64,000 nt of DNA, taken from positions 4,448,001-4,512,000 of the forward strand of contig OZ245842.1 of the NCBI GenBank assembly GCA_965228895.1, read 5' to 3'. The notes under the pieces are model-generated. The model worked only from the letters and a program-made list of their open reading frames with translations. It did not search any database and was not told the DNA's origin. Of this stretch, positions 40,675 to 51,275 are shown piece by piece. The stretch comes from Alphaproteobacteria bacterium. GTDB taxonomy: Bacteria; Pseudomonadota; Alphaproteobacteria; SP197. Made by a program: the position numbers and the translations under genes. How positions within the stretch are numbered: position 1 is the first letter of the stretch; the number at the start of each line of letters is the position of its first letter.

Positions 40675-42069
40675 TTGAGCTTTAAGTCCCAGATTCCTTC
40701 TGTCGATCGGCTGCTCGGTCTGCCTGACCTGCAAGCGCTGACAGCAAGTCACGGCCAGACGCTTGCGACCGACGCGGTACGCCGGGTGCTGGCCGACCTG
40801 CGGGCCCTACCCGATGACGCGACGCCTGATCTGGACGACGCGGCCTTGGTCGGTCGGATCATGGATGTGGCGCACCAACGCATGGCGCTCTCCTTGCGCC
40901 CGGTCTTCAACCTGACGGGGACTGTGCTGCATACCAATCTCGGCCGCGCATCCTTGCCAGAAAGCGCGATCGAGGCGATGGCGTCGGTTGCGCGCGGTGC
41001 CAGCAACCTGGAGTTCGACGTCGCCGCCGGCAAACGCGGCGACCGGGACGAACATATCGAGGAACGGTTGTGCCGTCTGACCGGCGCCGAGGCGGCGACG
41101 GTCGTGAACAACAATGCGGCGGCCGTCCTGCTTGCGCTCAACGCGTTGGCCGCGCGCAAGGAGGTGCCGGTCTCTCGCGGCGAACTGATCGAGATCGGCG
41201 GCGCCTTTCGCCTGCCCGACATCATGCGCCGCGCCGGTACACGCCTGGTCGAGGTCGGGACGACCAACCGGACCCACGCCCGCGACTATGAGGCGGCGAT
41301 CGGCGAACGCACCGCGCTCTTGATGAAGGTCCACACCAGCAACTACGCGGTCGAGGGTTTCACCGCGGCGGTCGCGGAGTCCGAACTCGCGGCCCTGGCC
41401 CATCAGCATGACTTGCCGCTAATGACCGATCTGGGCAGCGGTACCCTGGTCGACCTGACGGCCTATGGCTTGCCCGCCGAACCGACCGTCAGCGGCATGA
41501 TCCGGGCCGGCGCCGACCTCGTAACCTTTTCCGGCGACAAGCTGCTCGGCGGACCGCAGGCCGGCCTCATCGTTGGCCGGACCGACCTGATCGCGCGGCT
41601 GAAGAAGAACCCCATGAAGCGGGCGCTGCGTTGCGACAAGGTCACGTTGGCAGCGCTGGAAGCGGTCCTCGTCCTCTACGAAGACCCCGACAGTCTGCCT
41701 GATCGTCTACCGGCGCTGCGGTTGCTGACACGTCCGGAAACAGCGATCCGAGCACAGGCCGAGGCCTTGCTGCCGGCAATAGAAAAAACCCTCGACGCTC
41801 ACGCCGAGGTCGATGTCGTCGCGGTCAAGAGCCAGATCGGCAGCGGCGCGCTGCCGGTCGATCTGCTGCCCAGTGCCGCCCTGCGCCTGCGCAGCAACGC
41901 GCCAAAGAAACGCCAGGGCCGCGCTCTCAAGGAACTCGCTGCGGCCTTCCGCGACCTGCCGTGTCCGGTGATCGGTCGGGTCAGTGACAACGCTCTGATC
42001 TTCGACCTGCGCTGCCTGGACGACGCGGCCGCTTTCGCCGCGCAACTCGACCGGCTGGCCCTGCCGTGA
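40675..42069 (+). CDS. selA: L-seryl-tRNA(Sec) selenium transferase
   Basis: [76 protein letters not shown] start after GGAG. Confidence 0.96.
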   Translation: MSFKSQIPSVDRLLGLPDLQALTASHGQTLATDAVRRVLADLRALPDDATPDLDDAALVGRIMDVAHQRMALSLRPVFNLTGTVLHTNLGRASLPESAIEAMASVARGASNLEFDVAAGKRGDRDEHIEERLCRLTGAEAATVVNNNAAAVLLALNALAARKEVPVSRGELIEIGGAFRLPDIMRRAGTRLVEVGTTNRTHARDYEAAIGERTALLMKVHTSNYAVEGFTAAVAESELAALAHQHDLPLMTDLGSGTLVDLTAYGLPAEPTVSGMIRAGADLVTFSGDKLLGGPQAGLIVGRTDLIARLKKNPMKRALRCDKVTLAALEAVLVLYEDPDSLPDRLPALRLLTRPETAIRAQAEALLPAIEKTLDAHAEVDVVAVKSQIGSGALPVDLLPSAALRLRSNAPKKRQGRALKELAAAFRDLPCPVIGRVSDNALIFDLRCLDDAAAFAAQLDRLALP

Positions 42070-44012
42070 TCGTCGCCACGGCCGGCCATGTGGACCATGG
42101 CAAGACGGCGCTGATCCGCGCGCTGACCGGCGTCGAAACCGACCGGCTGCCGGAAGAAAAGAAGCGCGGGCTGACCATCGATCTCGGCTTCGCCTATCTG
42201 CCGCTCGAGGACGGCTCGGTTCTGGGGTTTATCGACGTGCCCGGCCACGAAAAGTTTCTGCGCAACATGGTGGCCGGTGTCGCCGGCATCGACATCGCAC
42301 TCCTCGTCGTCGCCGCCGATGACGGTGTCATGCCGCAGACAATCGAACACCTCGCGGTCCTGGATCTGCTCGGCGTGCGGGAGGGTCTGGTCGCCTTGAC
42401 CAAGACCGACATCGTCGACAGCAGCCGGGTCGCCTCGGTCAAGAACGACATCGGCGCACTGTTGGCCGATACCAGCCTCGCCGACAGTCCCGTGTTTCCG
42501 GTTGCCGCACCGGCCGGAACCGGCATCGACGACCTGCGCGACCACCTGGAATCACTCGCCGGTGCTGTAAGCGAACGACGAGACACCGGCAACTTCCGAC
42601 TGGCCGTCGACCGCAGCTTCACCATTCCGGGCGCCGGCACGGTTGTGACCGGCACGGTGTTCTCCGGACACGCTTCGACCGGTGGCCGCCTCTATGTCGC
42701 GCCCGCCATGCGCGAGGTCAGGTTGCGCGGGATACACGCCCAGGATCGCCCATCGGACGATGCGCGCGCAGGCTGGCGCTGCGCGCTTAACCTCGTCGGC
42801 ATCGAACGCGACGAGGTCGCGCGCGGCGACTGGATCGTCGCGGCGGGCGCGCCGCCGCCATCGCGTCGTCTCGACATTCGTCTTCGCGTGCTCGGCAGCG
42901 AAGACAAACCGCTGAAGCATTGGGCACCCGTTCATGTCCACCACGGCGCGGCCCACATGCACGGCCATGTCGCGGTGATCGGCGCAGGATCGATCGCACC
43001 CGGCGAGACTGGCCTTGCGCAGCTCGTGCTCGACACGCCGGCCGTCGCGGCAAGCGGCGATGCGGTCGTGCTGCGCGATCAATCGGCGCAGCGCACCCTA
43101 GGCGGCGGCCGGGTCATCGACCCAGGCGGCCCTGCCCGCGGCCGCGCGCGGCCGTCGCGGGTTGCCGCGCTCGACGCCTTGGAAACCCGCGATAACGCGG
43201 CCGCTCTTGCCGCCATGCTCGCGTTGCCGGGCGCGGGCGTGGCGCTGGAGGGATTTCGCCGCAACCGCAATCTTACGGACGATGAGGCCCGCGCACTGTT
43301 CGCCGAAGCCGACCTCAAGATCACCGGACGCAGCGACGACACGATCGGCCTGTCGCCCGCCAGATGGACCGTCCTGCTCGACACGGTCGAACAAGCGGTC
43401 GGACGCTGGCACGGCGACCACCCCGACCGGCTTGGCCCGACGCCGGAGGAACTGCGCCGCGCCGCCGCGTGGGGCCAGGACCGCAACCTGTTGCAGGAGA
43501 TACTGGCTACGTTGGTCGGCGAAGGCCGGCTTCAGCGTCGTGGCATGGTGGTCCACAAACCCGATCACGATGTCCGGCTCAACGCCAAGGACGACGCACT
43601 GTGGCAGCAGGTCCGTGCCCACCTCTCACCCGACCACGGCAGCCCGCCGGCGCTATGGCAGCTCGCCGAAACCATCGGCAGCGAGCCGGAAACGCTTGAC
43701 CGGTTTCTCGGCCGCCTCGCCGGCATGGGTCTTGTCATGCGCGTTGCGCGCAACCGTTATCTCACACCCGAAGACGCCGCCCGCTACGGCCGCGTCGCCG
43801 AGAAACTCGCGACCACCGACGAGCCCGGCCTGACCGCCGCCAGCTTTCGCGATGCCGCCGGTGTCGGACGCAACTTCGCCATCGACCTCCTGGAGTTTCT
43901 TGACCGCGCCGGTCTAACCCTTAGACAGGGTGCGCGGCGCAGCCTGCGCCGTTCCGCCGCCGATGTCTTTGGCGCGGATAGTTCGGCCACCAAAGACCGT
44001 GCCCATGCTTAA
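42066..44012 (+). CDS. selB: Selenocysteine-specific elongation factor
   Basis: [36 protein letters not shown]-terminal winged helix ([21 protein letters not shown]). Confidence 0.96.
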   Translation: MIVATAGHVDHGKTALIRALTGVETDRLPEEKKRGLTIDLGFAYLPLEDGSVLGFIDVPGHEKFLRNMVAGVAGIDIALLVVAADDGVMPQTIEHLAVLDLLGVREGLVALTKTDIVDSSRVASVKNDIGALLADTSLADSPVFPVAAPAGTGIDDLRDHLESLAGAVSERRDTGNFRLAVDRSFTIPGAGTVVTGTVFSGHASTGGRLYVAPAMREVRLRGIHAQDRPSDDARAGWRCALNLVGIERDEVARGDWIVAAGAPPPSRRLDIRLRVLGSEDKPLKHWAPVHVHHGAAHMHGHVAVIGAGSIAPGETGLAQLVLDTPAVAASGDAVVLRDQSAQRTLGGGRVIDPGGPARGRARPSRVAALDALETRDNAAALAAMLALPGAGVALEGFRRNRNLTDDEARALFAEADLKITGRSDDTIGLSPARWTVLLDTVEQAVGRWHGDHPDRLGPTPEELRRAAAWGQDRNLLQEILATLVGEGRLQRRGMVVHKPDHDVRLNAKDDALWQQVRAHLSPDHGSPPALWQLAETIGSEPETLDRFLGRLAGMGLVMRVARNRYLTPEDAARYGRVAEKLATTDEPGLTAASFRDAAGVGRNFAIDLLEFLDRAGLTLRQGARRSLRRSAADVFGADSSATKDRAHA

Positions 44013-45174
44013 GTCGTTCTCTGTCGAAGCGCTCGCCGCCGGCCTGCTCGCCTCGTTTGTCGGGTTCGCCAGTTCGTTCGCCGTCATCATCCAAGGGCTG
44101 ACCGCGGTCGGCGCGACCCAGGCCGAAGCCGCGTCCGGCCTCATCGCGCTCTCGATCTCCATGGGCCTGTGCGCGATCTGGCTCAGCCTCAGATCCAAGC
44201 TGCCGATATCGGTTGCCTGGTCGACCCCTGGCGCCGCGCTCTTGGCAACCACAGGTGCGATCGAAGGCGGTTTCTCTGCGGCGGTCGGCGCCTTCATCGT
44301 CACCGGCGTGCTGCTGGTGGTTGCGGGTTTGTGGAAACCGCTCGGCCGCTGGGTCGCCGCGATCCCCGCGCCGCTGGCCAATGCCATGCTGGCGGGCGTG
44401 ATCCTAGGATTGTGCCTGGCGCCGGTCAAAGCGGTCGCCGAACTGCCGGCGCTTGCCTTGCCGATTGTCATCGTCTGGGCCGTGGTCGCGCGGTTCAGCA
44501 GGATCTACGCCGTGCCGGTCGCCGTCGTCGTGACAGCGGTGATCATCGGCGTCACCACAGACGTGTCGAGCATGAAAATGGGATCGCTGTGGCCGGAGCC
44601 GGTCCTGGTCATGCCGACCTTCCCGCCCGCCGCGATGATCGGCATAGCCTTGCCGCTCTTCATCGTCACCATGGCATCGCAAAACATTCCGGGCATGGCG
44701 GTCTTGAACGCCAACGGTTATCGGCCCAACCCCAGCCCGCTCTTCGCCACCACCGGCTTGTTCAGCCTGTTCTCCGCGCCATTCGGCGGCCATGCGGTGA
44801 ACCTGGCAGCAATCACCGCGTCACTGTGCGCCAGCGACAACGCCCATCCCGATCCGGCGCGCCGCTACTGGGCCGCCGTCGTCGCAGGCGTCGGCTATGT
44901 CCTGTTCGGTCTGATGGCGGGTGCAGCGACGGCGTTCATCGCGGTTTCGCCGCCCATCCTGATCCAGGCGGTCGCCGGCCTTGCTCTGCTGGGCGCGCTC
45001 GGCACCTCCATGGTCCAGGCGCTGAGCGAGGCCAGGGATCGCGAAGCCGCCATCGTCACCTTTCTGGTAACCGCGTCGGGCTTGGCGTTTCTCGGCATCA
45101 GCGGCGCGTTCTGGGGGTTGATCGCCGGCGGCGCGGTGATGGCGCTGACACGTTGGCGGCGCGGCAAGGCATGA
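44005..45174 (+). CDS. BenE-family (benzoate/H+ symporter-like) transporter
   Basis: PISVAWSTPGAALL, LANAMLAG, LPLFIVTMASQNIPG, NLAAITA, FLVTASG, AFWGL. ATG overlaps the selB stop. Confidence 0.92.
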   Translation: MLKSFSVEALAAGLLASFVGFASSFAVIIQGLTAVGATQAEAASGLIALSISMGLCAIWLSLRSKLPISVAWSTPGAALLATTGAIEGGFSAAVGAFIVTGVLLVVAGLWKPLGRWVAAIPAPLANAMLAGVILGLCLAPVKAVAELPALALPIVIVWAVVARFSRIYAVPVAVVVTAVIIGVTTDVSSMKMGSLWPEPVLVMPTFPPAAMIGIALPLFIVTMASQNIPGMAVLNANGYRPNPSPLFATTGLFSLFSAPFGGHAVNLAAITASLCASDNAHPDPARRYWAAVVAGVGYVLFGLMAGAATAFIAVSPPILIQAVAGLALLGALGTSMVQALSEARDREAAIVTFLVTASGLAFLGISGAFWGLIAGGAVMALTRWRRGKA

Positions 45175-45191
45175 ACCATGGTCAACGACAT

Positions 45192-45286
45192 GGAAAGGGG
45201 TCGCATCCGGTGATGCGCCCGGTCTTCAAAACCGGTGAGACGCGTTCAACGGGTCTGGTGGGTTCGACTCCCACCCCTTTCCGCCA
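45192..45286 (+). tRNA. selC: tRNA-Sec (UCA)
   Basis: 8 bp acceptor stem GGAAAGGG/CCCTTTCC plus GCCA; D-arm CGCATC-CGGT-GATGCG; anticodon arm CCGGT-CT-TCA-AA-ACCGG (TCA at 45226-45228); long variable arm; GTGGG-TTCGACT-CCCAC. 95 nt. Confidence 0.97.
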
Positions 45287-45304
45287 AACCCTTCCGATGG
45301 GCCG

Positions 45305-47500
45305 ATGACGCCAGCCGAACCGGTGACCTCAGACATCGTGCTGGTCGGCGGCGGTCACGCCCATGTCGAGGTCATCCGCCGCTTCGCCATGGAGCCTGAG
45401 CCCGGCGTGCGTCTGACGATCGTCGCGCGCGACACCTTCACGCCCTATTCCGGCATGCTGCCGGGCTATCTTGCCGGTCACTATGACCACACCGCCTGCC
45501 ATATCGACCTGAGGCCTCTGGCACGCCTGGCCCGCGCCCGCTTGATCCACGCGCCGGCGACCGGCCTTGATCCGATCGCGCAAACCGTCGCCATCGAGGG
45601 CCGTCCGCCGATCCCCTATGACCTCGCGTCGATCGATATCGGCTCAGTGCCGACCAAACTGGGCATCGACGGCGCCGATGACCACGCCATCCCGGTCAAG
45701 CCGGTCGACCAATTCCTGACCCGATGGCAGAACGTCGAAGCGCGTTTGACCGAAACCAGCGGCCCATTTCGCCTGACGATCGTGGGCGGCGGTGCGGGCG
45801 GTGTCGAGGTGGCGCTTTCCCTACGCCACCGGCTGCGCCGTTACCTCGCCGAGAACGCTGGTGACCCCGACCGTCTCGCCGTCACCGTCATCACCGACCG
45901 CGACACCGTCCTGCATCAGCATGCCATGCCGGTTCGCCGCGCGATGATCCGCGCACTCGACCAGCGGGACGTGACGATCGTGACGGGCCACAAGGTGGTG
46001 GCGTTTCACGCCGACCGCGTTGCCTGCGATCCCCAGATGGAGATTACCAGCGACGCCGCCGTCCTGGTGACCCATGCGGCCGCCCATCCCTGGCTGGCAT
46101 CGACCGGACTTGATCTGGACGACAGCGGCTTCATCAAGGTCGGGCCAACGCTGCAGTCGGTGTCGCACGCCGGGGTGTTCGCCGCCGGCGATGTCGCGGC
46201 GTTCACCACCCAGCCGCTCGCCAAAAGTGGGGTCTATGCCGTGCGCAAGGGGCCGATCCTGGCCGACAACCTGCGACGCTTGGCGCGCGGGTTACGGCCG
46301 CAGCCCTATCGTCCGCAGGGCCGCACCCTCGCGCTGATCTCGACCGGCGACCAGAATGCGGTGGCGTCCTGGGGACCCCTTGCGGTCGAAGGCGCCTGGG
46401 TCTGGCGTTGGAAAGACCGCATCGACCGGCGCTGGATGGCGGTCTACCAGGATATCGAGCCCATGCCCGAGGATCCCGCGGATCCCATGCGGTGCGGCGG
46501 CTGTGGCGCCAAGGCGCCGGCGGTCGTCCTGGATCGCGCGCTCGAGCGCCTCGACATCAAAGCCAACGCATCACTGGTCGCCGGCCTCGATGCACCGGAC
46601 GATGCCGCCGTCTTCACGCCGCCCGCCGGTCAGGTTGCCGTGCAGACCGTCGACCAATTTCGCGCGCTCGTCGACGATCCCCATCTGTTCGGACGGCTCA
46701 TGGCGGTCCACGGTCTGGGCGATCTTCATGCCATGGGCGCAACACCCGCCGTTGCCTTAGCGCTGGTCGGCCTGCCGTTTGCCGACCCGGATCGCATGGA
46801 GTCGGATCTCGTGCAGGTGCTCTCGGGCGCGCTTCAGGTTCTGAACGACGAAGACTGCGTGCTGGCCGGCGGCCACACCAGCGAGGCCCAAGAGTTCACC
46901 TTCGGCTTGGCGTTGACCGGCTTTGCCCGTCAGGACGAGCTACTTGTGAAGGGAGGCTTGCGTTCGGGTGACGACCTGATCCTGACCAAGCCCTTGGGCA
47001 CCGGCGTGTTGTTCGCCGCCGACATGCGCGGCGCGGCCAAGAGTGCCTGGATCGAGGCGGCACTGGCCTCGATGCTGCAATCGAGTGCGATGGCCGCCAC
47101 CTGCCTGAAAACCCACGGCGCAACCGCGGCGACCGATGTCACCGGCTTCGGCCTGGCCGGACATCTCGGCGAAATGGTGCGGGCGTCGTCAGTCGATGCC
47201 GAGTTGTGGTTGGAGTCACTTCCAATATTGGCGGGCGCGCGCGACCTGTTCGCGCGCGGTATTGCCAGCACGCTGCAGCCGGCCAACTTCGAAAGCTCAG
47301 CAACCGCGCTAAGCGACGGCACCGACCCCATCCTGTTCGATCCGCAGACCGCCGGCGGCCTGCTGGCTGGCATCCCACACGACAGAACCGCCGCATGCCT
47401 GAAAGACCTCAACGACGCGGGCTATCAATCAGCCCGCGTCGTAGGGCGTGTCACGGAGTCAGGCTCTGGTCAGATCGCGATTAGAGCGGATCTCCTCTAG
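45305..47500 (+). CDS. selD: Selenide, water dikinase fused to an N-terminal FAD-dependent (NADH dehydrogenase-like) oxidoreductase
   Basis: N-terminal LVGGGHAH, YSGMLPG, GGGAGGVE, FAAGD. C-terminal MRCGGCGAK, DDAAV, QTVD, AGGHT, ILTKPLGTG, TDVTGFGLAGH, DPQTAGGLL. Confidence 0.94.
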   Translation: MTPAEPVTSDIVLVGGGHAHVEVIRRFAMEPEPGVRLTIVARDTFTPYSGMLPGYLAGHYDHTACHIDLRPLARLARARLIHAPATGLDPIAQTVAIEGRPPIPYDLASIDIGSVPTKLGIDGADDHAIPVKPVDQFLTRWQNVEARLTETSGPFRLTIVGGGAGGVEVALSLRHRLRRYLAENAGDPDRLAVTVITDRDTVLHQHAMPVRRAMIRALDQRDVTIVTGHKVVAFHADRVACDPQMEITSDAAVLVTHAAAHPWLASTGLDLDDSGFIKVGPTLQSVSHAGVFAAGDVAAFTTQPLAKSGVYAVRKGPILADNLRRLARGLRPQPYRPQGRTLALISTGDQNAVASWGPLAVEGAWVWRWKDRIDRRWMAVYQDIEPMPEDPADPMRCGGCGAKAPAVVLDRALERLDIKANASLVAGLDAPDDAAVFTPPAGQVAVQTVDQFRALVDDPHLFGRLMAVHGLGDLHAMGATPAVALALVGLPFADPDRMESDLVQVLSGALQVLNDEDCVLAGGHTSEAQEFTFGLALTGFARQDELLVKGGLRSGDDLILTKPLGTGVLFAADMRGAAKSAWIEAALASMLQSSAMAATCLKTHGATAATDVTGFGLAGHLGEMVRASSVDAELWLESLPILAGARDLFARGIASTLQPANFESSATALSDGTDPILFDPQTAGGLLAGIPHDRTAACLKDLNDAGYQSARVVGRVTESGSGQIAIRADLL

Positions 47501-48705
47501 GCGCGATAGCCGTCCGGCACCATCATGAAGTCGCCGACGTCGTAAAGCGCGGGATCGGTCTCTTGTAGCAAGTCTTTGCGCAGCGACTGCAGCAATTCGG
47601 CCAACGACGTCTCGTGCCACAGCCAGTCGGTGAGCTCCTTCTGATCGACCATGCCCGGCCGCGCGGTCGCCGCTTCCAGATAAAAGGCCTTCAGGTCCTC
47701 GGCCGACAAACGCAAGGCATCGGCGCTGCCGACCGTCTCGATCGGACTTTCGCGGGTGTCACCGGCGAGCCAACCGTCCAAAAAACGGGCGGCATCGGTC
47801 ATCTCTAGGCCGCTCAAGCCAACCGACGTGCGGCCGCGCCGGTCGCGGCCGACGTCATACCACGGCTGCAACTGACCGATCTCGGCCAGCACGGCTTCGC
47901 GCAGACCGGTCCGGTCTTCCGGTGCCGGCGGTTTGGGGAAACTCACCGGGCAAACCCAGCTCTCCATGCCCTCATCCGCCACTTCTTCCGGTGCGTCTTC
48001 GGGGAAGTCGACCAGCACCGGACCCTCCGGCGCGTCGAACAGGTCGAGCGCGGCCTTCAGAACCTTCGTCTGAAAGGCCGGATTGTTCGGCACGCCGAAC
48101 GGGCGCCCCAGAGGGAACGGCACCCAAAGCGCACGCGGCGGCATGAGCTTTTCGTTGTGCTCACGCACCAGCGCGATGATCACCGTCGCCAGGCCTTCGT
48201 CTTCCAAATACTTCGCTAGTCCGCCAACGGCGCACGTACAAAGCGGTCAGACGGGGGCGAGGACGACCGTGTTGACGCCGTCGGCCTTCAGGATACCGGC
48301 GAGCTCGCGAACCGCCGGCTCCATCAAGGTCGGGTCGGTCGCGCCCATGAACGAATAGTGGAAGTCGGCAACCGAACCGATCGTTCCTTCATCGGCCAGT
48401 TCGTTCAGCCGGTGCAACGGAAACGCGATGTTGACGTCCTGATGGAAACCCGTGCGGTCGTGGGTGGTCGAAACATGATCCATGACCACATCGTCGACCC
48501 TGTCCGCCGGGATCACGCGATAGTCCGCCGCGTCGGCGGCGAACGGCTGGTCACTCTTCAGCTTGAGGCCCGCCGAAGAGATCAATGCCACCCGCCGCTC
48601 CTTGGCCGGAGCCGGCTCGGTCCAGGGCTCGATCTCTATCTCGGGCACCGCCCAGTCTTCCAGGAACTCTCTTGCATCGGCGTCGAGGTCCGCCAGTCTC
48701 ACCAT
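47497..48705 (-). CDS. GrdB/PrdB-like selenoprotein (Sec at TGA 48249-48247), about 402 aa with a C-terminal extension
   Basis: ORFs 48705-48247 and 48207-47497 are in the same frame, with the open bridge VVLAPV-U-PLCTCAVGGLAKYLEDEGLATV. N-half RVALISSAG...DVNIAFPL.RL.EL...G.IG; C-half PPRALWVPFPLGRPFG. Sec genes are adjacent. Confidence 0.88.
48211..48243 (-). promoter_or_regulatory. Putative bacterial SECIS element
   Basis: Sequence 3' of the UGA folds by hand as CUUUG/CGAAG, UA/UA, GU/AC, CGCC/GGCG with an apical GUU loop whose G is at +19. Confidence 0.7.
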
Positions 48706-48759
48706 GTCTTCTCTCCTTCCCCGATCCGGTTGTGAGCCTCGCGGACAAGCAGAAGCCTG

Positions 48760-50214
48760 TCAACTCACGGCTTCACGGGTCGGCAACATCATCGGCGCCA
48801 TCTCGTCGGCCGTGCGGCCCGCCCAATCGAGTTCCGACACGCGTTCCAGCATGCGCGCCTGGGCGCGCTGCAGGCGTTCGGACTCCTCCGCAAGATCGAT
48901 GGTTGTCAGCTTGCCGTCTTGTACCACCGCCTCGCCGTCCACATAGACATCGCGGACCGCGCGTTCGGCGGCGACCACCAACAGGCTGCGCAGCGGTTCA
49001 CGCACCGGCATCATCGCGGGGTGTTCGAGGTCAACGACAACAAAGTCGGCCCGGGCGCCCGGCGCCAGCCGGCCGATATCGTCGCGGCGCAGCGCCTTGG
49101 CGCCGCCTGATGTCGCGGCGTTGAAGACATCGAGATAGTCGAGGTCCGCGACACTTTCACCGATGACACGCGCGGCGACCGCCGCGGTGCGCATTTCCTC
49201 CAGCATGTTGTGCGGGTAGGTGTCGGTGCCGATCCCCATGTTGACGCCGCGCCGGACGTATTCGCCGAACGTGCGCAGCGTGATGCCGCGCCGCGAAAAC
49301 ACGGTCGGACAATGGGCGACGGCCGCGCCGCGCTCGGCCATCAGGTCGAGATCGCGGTGCGACGACCAGTGCAGCCAGGGATGGTGATCCAGAAAGATGC
49401 AGTGGGCGATGATGCTGCGTTCGTCCAGCACGCCCAAGTCGGCCATCCACTGGATCGGCGTCTTGCCGTGACGGCGCTGCATCTCCAGAAACTCGGTCAC
49501 CGACTGCGCCGCATGAATGGTCCACGGCAGGTTGCGTTCGGCGGCGTAGGCGTGGCTGTCGCGTAGCAAACCTTCGCCACACGTATCGACTTGGGACGGC
49601 GAGAGCATGCCATCGAGACGGCCGGAAGGGTGCTGGCGCGCCAGTTCGATCACCCGGCAGGCGGCATCGAACCGTTCGCGCCCGGCCTTTTCGTCCCAAT
49701 CGTATTGCAGCTTGTAGCCGTCGGATGTGTACCAGCGGGCATCGCGAAAGAACGGCGCAGCCACCGCGCGGATGCCGCTATCGGCGAGCGCGTCGAGCCA
49801 GCCATCGAAGGCCGCCGACAGATCGACCACGGTGGTGACGCCCGATAGCAGCAGTTCCGCCAACGCGACCTTCAGGCATGCCATGCGCCCCTCGTCATCG
49901 GCGGGGTCGAAAACCGGCAGATGTTCATAGAGCGAGCTGTGCCAAAACCCCGGTGAGTGGGTTTCATCGGTGATGCCCTTGCGCATGGTCTCGCTGGTCG
50001 GATGGCTGTGGACGTTGATCAGGCCCGGCATCACCAAACGCCCGGAACCGTCGATCTCCATCCCGGCCGGACCGTCATAGCCTTTGCCGACAAACGTGAC
50101 GGCACCGCCGGAGAAAGCGAGGTCGGCGTTACGCAGATAGACATGGCGTGCCTCGGCCGCATCCCAGGCGACCAGCCAGTCAATGCCACGGATAACGGTC
50201 GTCTCGCTCATCAC
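48760..50214 (-). CDS. Amidohydrolase (chlorohydrolase/deaminase-like)
   Basis: PGLINVHSH, ELLLSGVTT, IHAAQS, AHC, AHCP, GIGTDT, GRLAPGARAD. Confidence 0.9.
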   Translation of the reverse strand: MMSETTVIRGIDWLVAWDAAEARHVYLRNADLAFSGGAVTFVGKGYDGPAGMEIDGSGRLVMPGLINVHSHPTSETMRKGITDETHSPGFWHSSLYEHLPVFDPADDEGRMACLKVALAELLLSGVTTVVDLSAAFDGWLDALADSGIRAVAAPFFRDARWYTSDGYKLQYDWDEKAGRERFDAACRVIELARQHPSGRLDGMLSPSQVDTCGEGLLRDSHAYAAERNLPWTIHAAQSVTEFLEMQRRHGKTPIQWMADLGVLDERSIIAHCIFLDHHPWLHWSSHRDLDLMAERGAAVAHCPTVFSRRGITLRTFGEYVRRGVNMGIGTDTYPHNMLEEMRTAAVAARVIGESVADLDYLDVFNAATSGGAKALRRDDIGRLAPGARADFVVVDLEHPAMMPVREPLRSLLVVAAERAVRDVYVDGEAVVQDGKLTTIDLAEESERLQRAQARMLERVSELDWAGRTADEMAPMMLPTREAVS

Positions 50215-50318
50215 ATCTCTCCCCTGCCGCCTGAAACTTGGCCTACACTGTCACTCTATGACACGACGCGGTGCATCATTATGCTGCACCGCGTCGGCGT
50301 TGACAGGGAGGATAACCG

Positions 50319-51275
50319 TTGACCGCAACCGATCTCTACCCGCCATACGAGCCGTGGGACAGTTTCGCGCTTCCGGTCAGCGATCTTCACACGCTTCATG
50401 TCGAGCAAGGCGGCAAGGCGGACGGGGTCCCGGTTGTCTTTCTGCATGGCGGGCCGGGCGATATCTGGTCGCCGGCGATCTACCGCTTCTTTGATCCCGA
50501 CCACTATCGCGTCATCGCGTTCGATCAGCGCGGCGTCAATCGGTCGACGCCGGCCGGCGAACTCCGTGACAACACGACGCCCCATCTGATCGCCGATATC
50601 GAGGCGATCCGGCAGCATCTGGGCATTGAACGGTGGATTGTCTTCGGCGGATCCTGGGGCAGCGCCCTGGCCCTGGCCTATGCCCTGGAACATCGTGACA
50701 GCGTTCTGGCGCTTGTCGTGCGCGGTATCTATCTGGGCGATCCCGACGACGACATCTGGGGTTTCAGCCATTGTCGGAACATCCTGCCGGAGGCCTGGGA
50801 TGAACTCGCAAGCCACTTTCCGGCCGGCGACCACGACAATCTCTTCGCCGCCTGCGCGCGCGATATCGATGATGACGACGACGCACGTGCGATGGAAGTC
50901 GCCAAAGCGTTCGACGTTTTCTCCGGCTTGCTCTGCGGCAACACGACAAAGCGCGACGACATTCCCCTACACAAGTCAACCGACGCGGAGACCCTGGTCA
51001 CGTCGCGTCTGTCGCTCGCCTATTTCGCCAACGATATCTACCTGCCGCCCATGCACTTGCCGAACAACGTGCACAAGCTCGCCGGCATACCCGGCGCGAT
51101 CGTGCAGGGCCGCCGCGACCTCATCTGTCCGGCGCGCAATGCCTGGCTCTTGCACAAGGCCTGGCCGGAGGCGACGCTGACGATCAGCGACGAGGCCGGT
51201 CACGCGCCGTTCGAGGACGGAAACCGCGAGGCCCTTGTGACTGCGATGGAAACCTTGAAGGATCTGAAGCTGTGA
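50319..51275 (+). CDS. pip: Proline iminopeptidase (S33 family)
   Basis: FLHGGPG, FDQRG..RSTP, DNTTPHLIADIE, FGGSWGS, LRG-like VRGIYL, VQGR.DLICP, AGH. Confidence 0.82.
   Translation: MTATDLYPPYEPWDSFALPVSDLHTLHVEQGGKADGVPVVFLHGGPGDIWSPAIYRFFDPDHYRVIAFDQRGVNRSTPAGELRDNTTPHLIADIEAIRQHLGIERWIVFGGSWGSALALAYALEHRDSVLALVVRGIYLGDPDDDIWGFSHCRNILPEAWDELASHFPAGDHDNLFAACARDIDDDDDARAMEVAKAFDVFSGLLCGNTTKRDDIPLHKSTDAETLVTSRLSLAYFANDIYLPPMHLPNNVHKLAGIPGAIVQGRRDLICPARNAWLLHKAWPEATLTISDEAGHAPFEDGNREALVTAMETLKDLKL

Noticed and set aside
45192-45304. selC as an island integration site
   Set aside because: No duplicated tRNA 3' end or integrase was seen, and selD follows directly.
46489-46512. Selenocysteine in SelD itself
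   Set aside because: The active-site motif codons are TGC and TGT and the ORF is uninterrupted.
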